A program made the position numbers and the translations under genes. This document shows, one piece after another, positions 60,932 through 64,000 of a stretch of 64,000 bases of DNA; position 1 is the stretch's first letter, and every line of letters begins with the position of its first letter. This DNA comes from Lingula anatina. Its lineage: Eukaryota > Animalia > Brachiopoda. The stretch lies in the NCBI GenBank assembly GCA_051362555.1, contig CM120641.1:9114001-9178000 (forward strand), given 5' to 3'. Under the pieces are notes generated by a model, which saw only the letters and a list, made by a program, of their open reading frames with translations, made no database searches and had not been told where the DNA came from.

Positions 60932-63900
60932 TCAAAGTTTTGAGAACTCTGCTGGTTTCTTCTCTACTGCTGCCATGGCAGCTGTCATAACATCTTCACT
61001 CTGTAGCATTGCTGAATTCCAACATGCCTGTAAAATAAGTATGGAATAATTACGTCATCATAAATATGGTAGCAAAGACTGACAATTTTTATATGCAGAA
61101 GATGTCCAGTGTATACCAAACAAAGTTTTACAAATAAAAGAAAAACAGACTGCAAATAATTTTAAGTTGAACATGATAATAAAAGCAGCTCTATAATGTA
61201 TTCCAAAATGAAAAATTCATACTATGTGTTCTAGTCCTTCTTGTACTGAATGGTCTCTGGAGTATACTATGCTAACTTTGGATCCCTGGACAGCTATTGG
61301 ACTTTTGCTGGCAATTAGTGCTGCTGTTTCTATGGCAGCCTCTATGGTAGATTCTCTGTCTGGCAGAATTCGACTTAAAAAAACATTTGTATATTTATAA
61401 CCAACTTTTGAAATACATTTTCAAAGATGTAGACTCGCCCTTCAAGAAATCGATGCCTTCAAGAAATCGACGAAAACCGGAAGTGCGTGTTTTTTGCACT
61501 GTTTTTCCTGTCATGCCCATCGCAAACACTCTGTTGTCAAGTAAAATGAAGCGTCTGATACAAAGTATCAAACGCGGCATTCACGTGCTTGCTTGCGATG
61601 CGTTCAGTACACTTTGTTTACACTGACAAGTCGAGGTCAGAAATGCACAATGTTTTTCTATGTAATTACGCAGTTTCAATTTTGATTAGTGAATCTTATT
61701 TTATCTGCATCGTCATTTTCCGAACATTTGTATAAGCCACGAAATATTTCTCATCGGAAAATCACCCAGCAGCTTTCCAAGTGCAAGCGAGTGACGTCAT
61801 GACGCACTTCCGGTTTTCGTCGAGATCTTGAAGGGATAAGCGTTACGGTTTGCTGCACATTTAAAGCGTTCTGTCTCAAAATGTACTTAACTGCTTGGAT
61901 TGAAATTTACGGAACTTTTTCTTCACATGATATCACACATATGTGCTTAATTTGAGAGCTTTAGCTGTCATATGTTTTCTACAGTGCCCATTCAAATTTG
62001 AAAAAGAGCTATTTTCCGTCGATTTCTTGAAGGGCAAGTCTACCATTTGCTATTAGTGTTGTAGTGGGTATATGAGTATACACAGTACAAGAACAACATC
62101 ATAAATCATGTTGACTTAGGAGCAAACAATGGGATTCATAAAACACTTGTCTTTTCACCTCTTCACTTTGCAATGGAAAATTGCTAAATCTGTAATTTAT
62201 GATTCTTTTCCACGCCTTCTAAATTTCTTAAATGTCACAAGATGATGTATCACCAGAAAATGTTGGTATTCCAATAGCTTTTCTCCCACTGAACTACTGT
62301 AAGTGTATATCCTAATTTTGGTCAGCAAAGCCAATTTTGACATCCAGTCATGTAAGGGGCAGGGTATTGACTTTGTGTGCAAATCTGAAATGATAGTTTT
62401 TTGTTTTGACCATCAACAATCGATTAAATAATTCAGTTTCTTTTCATCAATCCAGTTGTCATTTACCTGACAAGTCCACATCTCATTGCTTCATCTGCCA
62501 TCATCTTTCTTGCTGTATATGCCAGTTCTCTTGCTAGACTGTCATTGCCCACAACTTTTGGTAGTCTCTGTAATGTTCCCACATCTGCAGCCAAACCTAC
62601 ATCCACTTCCTGAAATATTCAAATTTAACACCTGACAATCTAACACACAGGGGGAAGCAGAGCAAGGGGGGGGGGGAGCAGTGGTCTCAAAACTTTATGT
62701 AATCATCCAATATTGTCAATATTTGTCATACCTTAACCTGGAACCAGGCATCCTGGGAGCAATATCTGATATCACAAGCTGTGATCAGGTCTATGCCACC
62801 ACCAACACAGGCATTGTGCACAGCCACTATCACAGGCTTGGGGCACTATGAAAGAGAATTTTAAAAATATACATTGAAAATTTTGGAACAACTGTCATGC
62901 CTGTATTATATACTGATCCTTGTACAGTACCATAGCATAAAAATAATTTTGCACTTTCATATCAGTACTTAAATACATGTAAATTGCATGCCATAATCCT
63001 AATAAGGCATCCAAATACTTAACTTCTGTATAAAAAAAATGACAGACTGAAGAACTTCCATGCATGTGTAAAAATGTCACCAAACATGCAAATATAAACA
63101 CAATTAGTACACAAAAACAGCTTCTCTACTGAGGCAACAAATATATACACCAACCTTTTCCATACAAGTAAATGTGTCCTGATATCTAGCAATAGCACCC
63201 TTTAACTTCATGCTCTTCCTTCCCACATCACTTTCCATGGGCATTAGAGATGCTATTTCTTGCAAGTCAATTCCTAACAATAAATAACTCTTTTCATTTT
63301 TCTTGTGATTGAAGACAAATGATGATTAAAATGCAGGGATTAGAACATGTAATTTTACTTAACTTTTGAGCAAATCTTGAGAAAAAAATGTAAACTGAAA
63401 CTGAAATATGTTAAAAAGGGTAAAATGTCCTTGTCTATTGTGCATGATTTTAGTGTCTCACCTGCTGTGAACAGTTTCCCAGCACCTGACACAACAACTG
63501 ATCTACAGTCTGGGTCTGTGGACACCTTGTTAAAACATTCCACCATTTCCCTAAGTATGAAAGAGAAAAATAGATAACTTGTTTCATCGCAGTCAATTTT
63601 CAAATTTAGTTTAATTCATTTATGGCAATCAAGAATTTCTAATCATACAACAACACTCTCTGTACATACTCTCTCTATGTTTATTGTTTTTGAAAATAAT
63701 CGTAAGTTGTAACATGTTATTTTTCTATATCAATTTTTTTATTAAGGAAGCAGCAAATGGTAAGTGACAGCCTACAAAAAATTTTAAAGCTTTCATATAT
63801 ATTTATAAGATATCTGTATACTAGTACTGTACCTCCAAAATGCTGCGTTCATGGCATTTCTCTTTTCTGGTCTGTTGAGTTCCACTTGCAGCACATACTC

Positions 63901-64000
63901 TCTGGGTTTTGTCACTTTCAGGGTCTCAAAACTATAGCCTGCAGCTTCCAAGCCTCCTGACGACATTTTTCTGCTAGTCAATGTTAGTTTAGCTACATTT
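60932..64000 (-). CDS. ECH1: Delta(3,5)-Delta(2,4)-dienoyl-CoA isomerase (crotonase fold); 5' end lies outside the window
   Basis: Exons ..-63833, 63550-63462, 63273-63155, 62845-62732, 62609-62467, 61373-61223 and 61027-60932. Motifs VELNRPEKRNAMN, FTAGIDL, GGGIDLITACDIR and KEVDVGLAADVGTLQRLPK; ends AEFSKL* (PTS1). Confidence 0.96.
61429..62044. mobile_element. MITE with nested inverted repeats in an ECH1 intron (Kolobok-like)
   Basis: GTAGACTCGCCCTTCAAGAAATCGA ... TCGATTTCTTGAAGGGCAAGTCTAC; an internal copy of the IR at 61801-61835. Confidence 0.75.

Noticed and set aside
60656-60935. ~25 bp direct repeat in the ECH1 3' UTR (ctacaagttc-T-run-cgtcaa)
   Set aside because: A small local duplication of the stop-codon region with no evident functional signal.

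Overview
AT-rich, intron-rich animal genomic DNA, probably an invertebrate lophotrochozoan such as a mollusc (inferred from the repeat types). Host genes, in order: the 3' end of PNPT1 (+); two tandem 9-exon PhyH-family 2OG-Fe(II) dioxygenase paralogs (-); a 19-coding-exon hnRNP U/UL1-like gene (-) head-to-head with EFCAB2/DRC8 (+); and the 3' part of ECH1 (-). Between PNPT1 and the dioxygenases lies a ~15 kb block of transposon pieces (Gypsy, DIRS, hAT, BEL) that all point the same way, ending in a young full-length Ty3/Gypsy element. The main finding is the hnRNP U-like locus. The intron after its second coding exon holds an intact 517-codon transposon-ORF1/Gag-like ORF (PHD, coiled coil, catalytically dead SGNH esterase, three CCHC knuckles). 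A phase-matched splice acceptor precedes this ORF, predicting a SAP-PHD-SGNH-zinc-knuckle fusion isoform. The same gene has a duplicated, frame-preserved Walker-A exon (candidate mutually exclusive exons), an intronic SNORD54/U54 homolog plus a decaying copy, and an intron dense in 5' splice-site motifs with a poison micro-exon candidate. Exon coordinates were read by eye and homologies recalled from memory; no searches were run.
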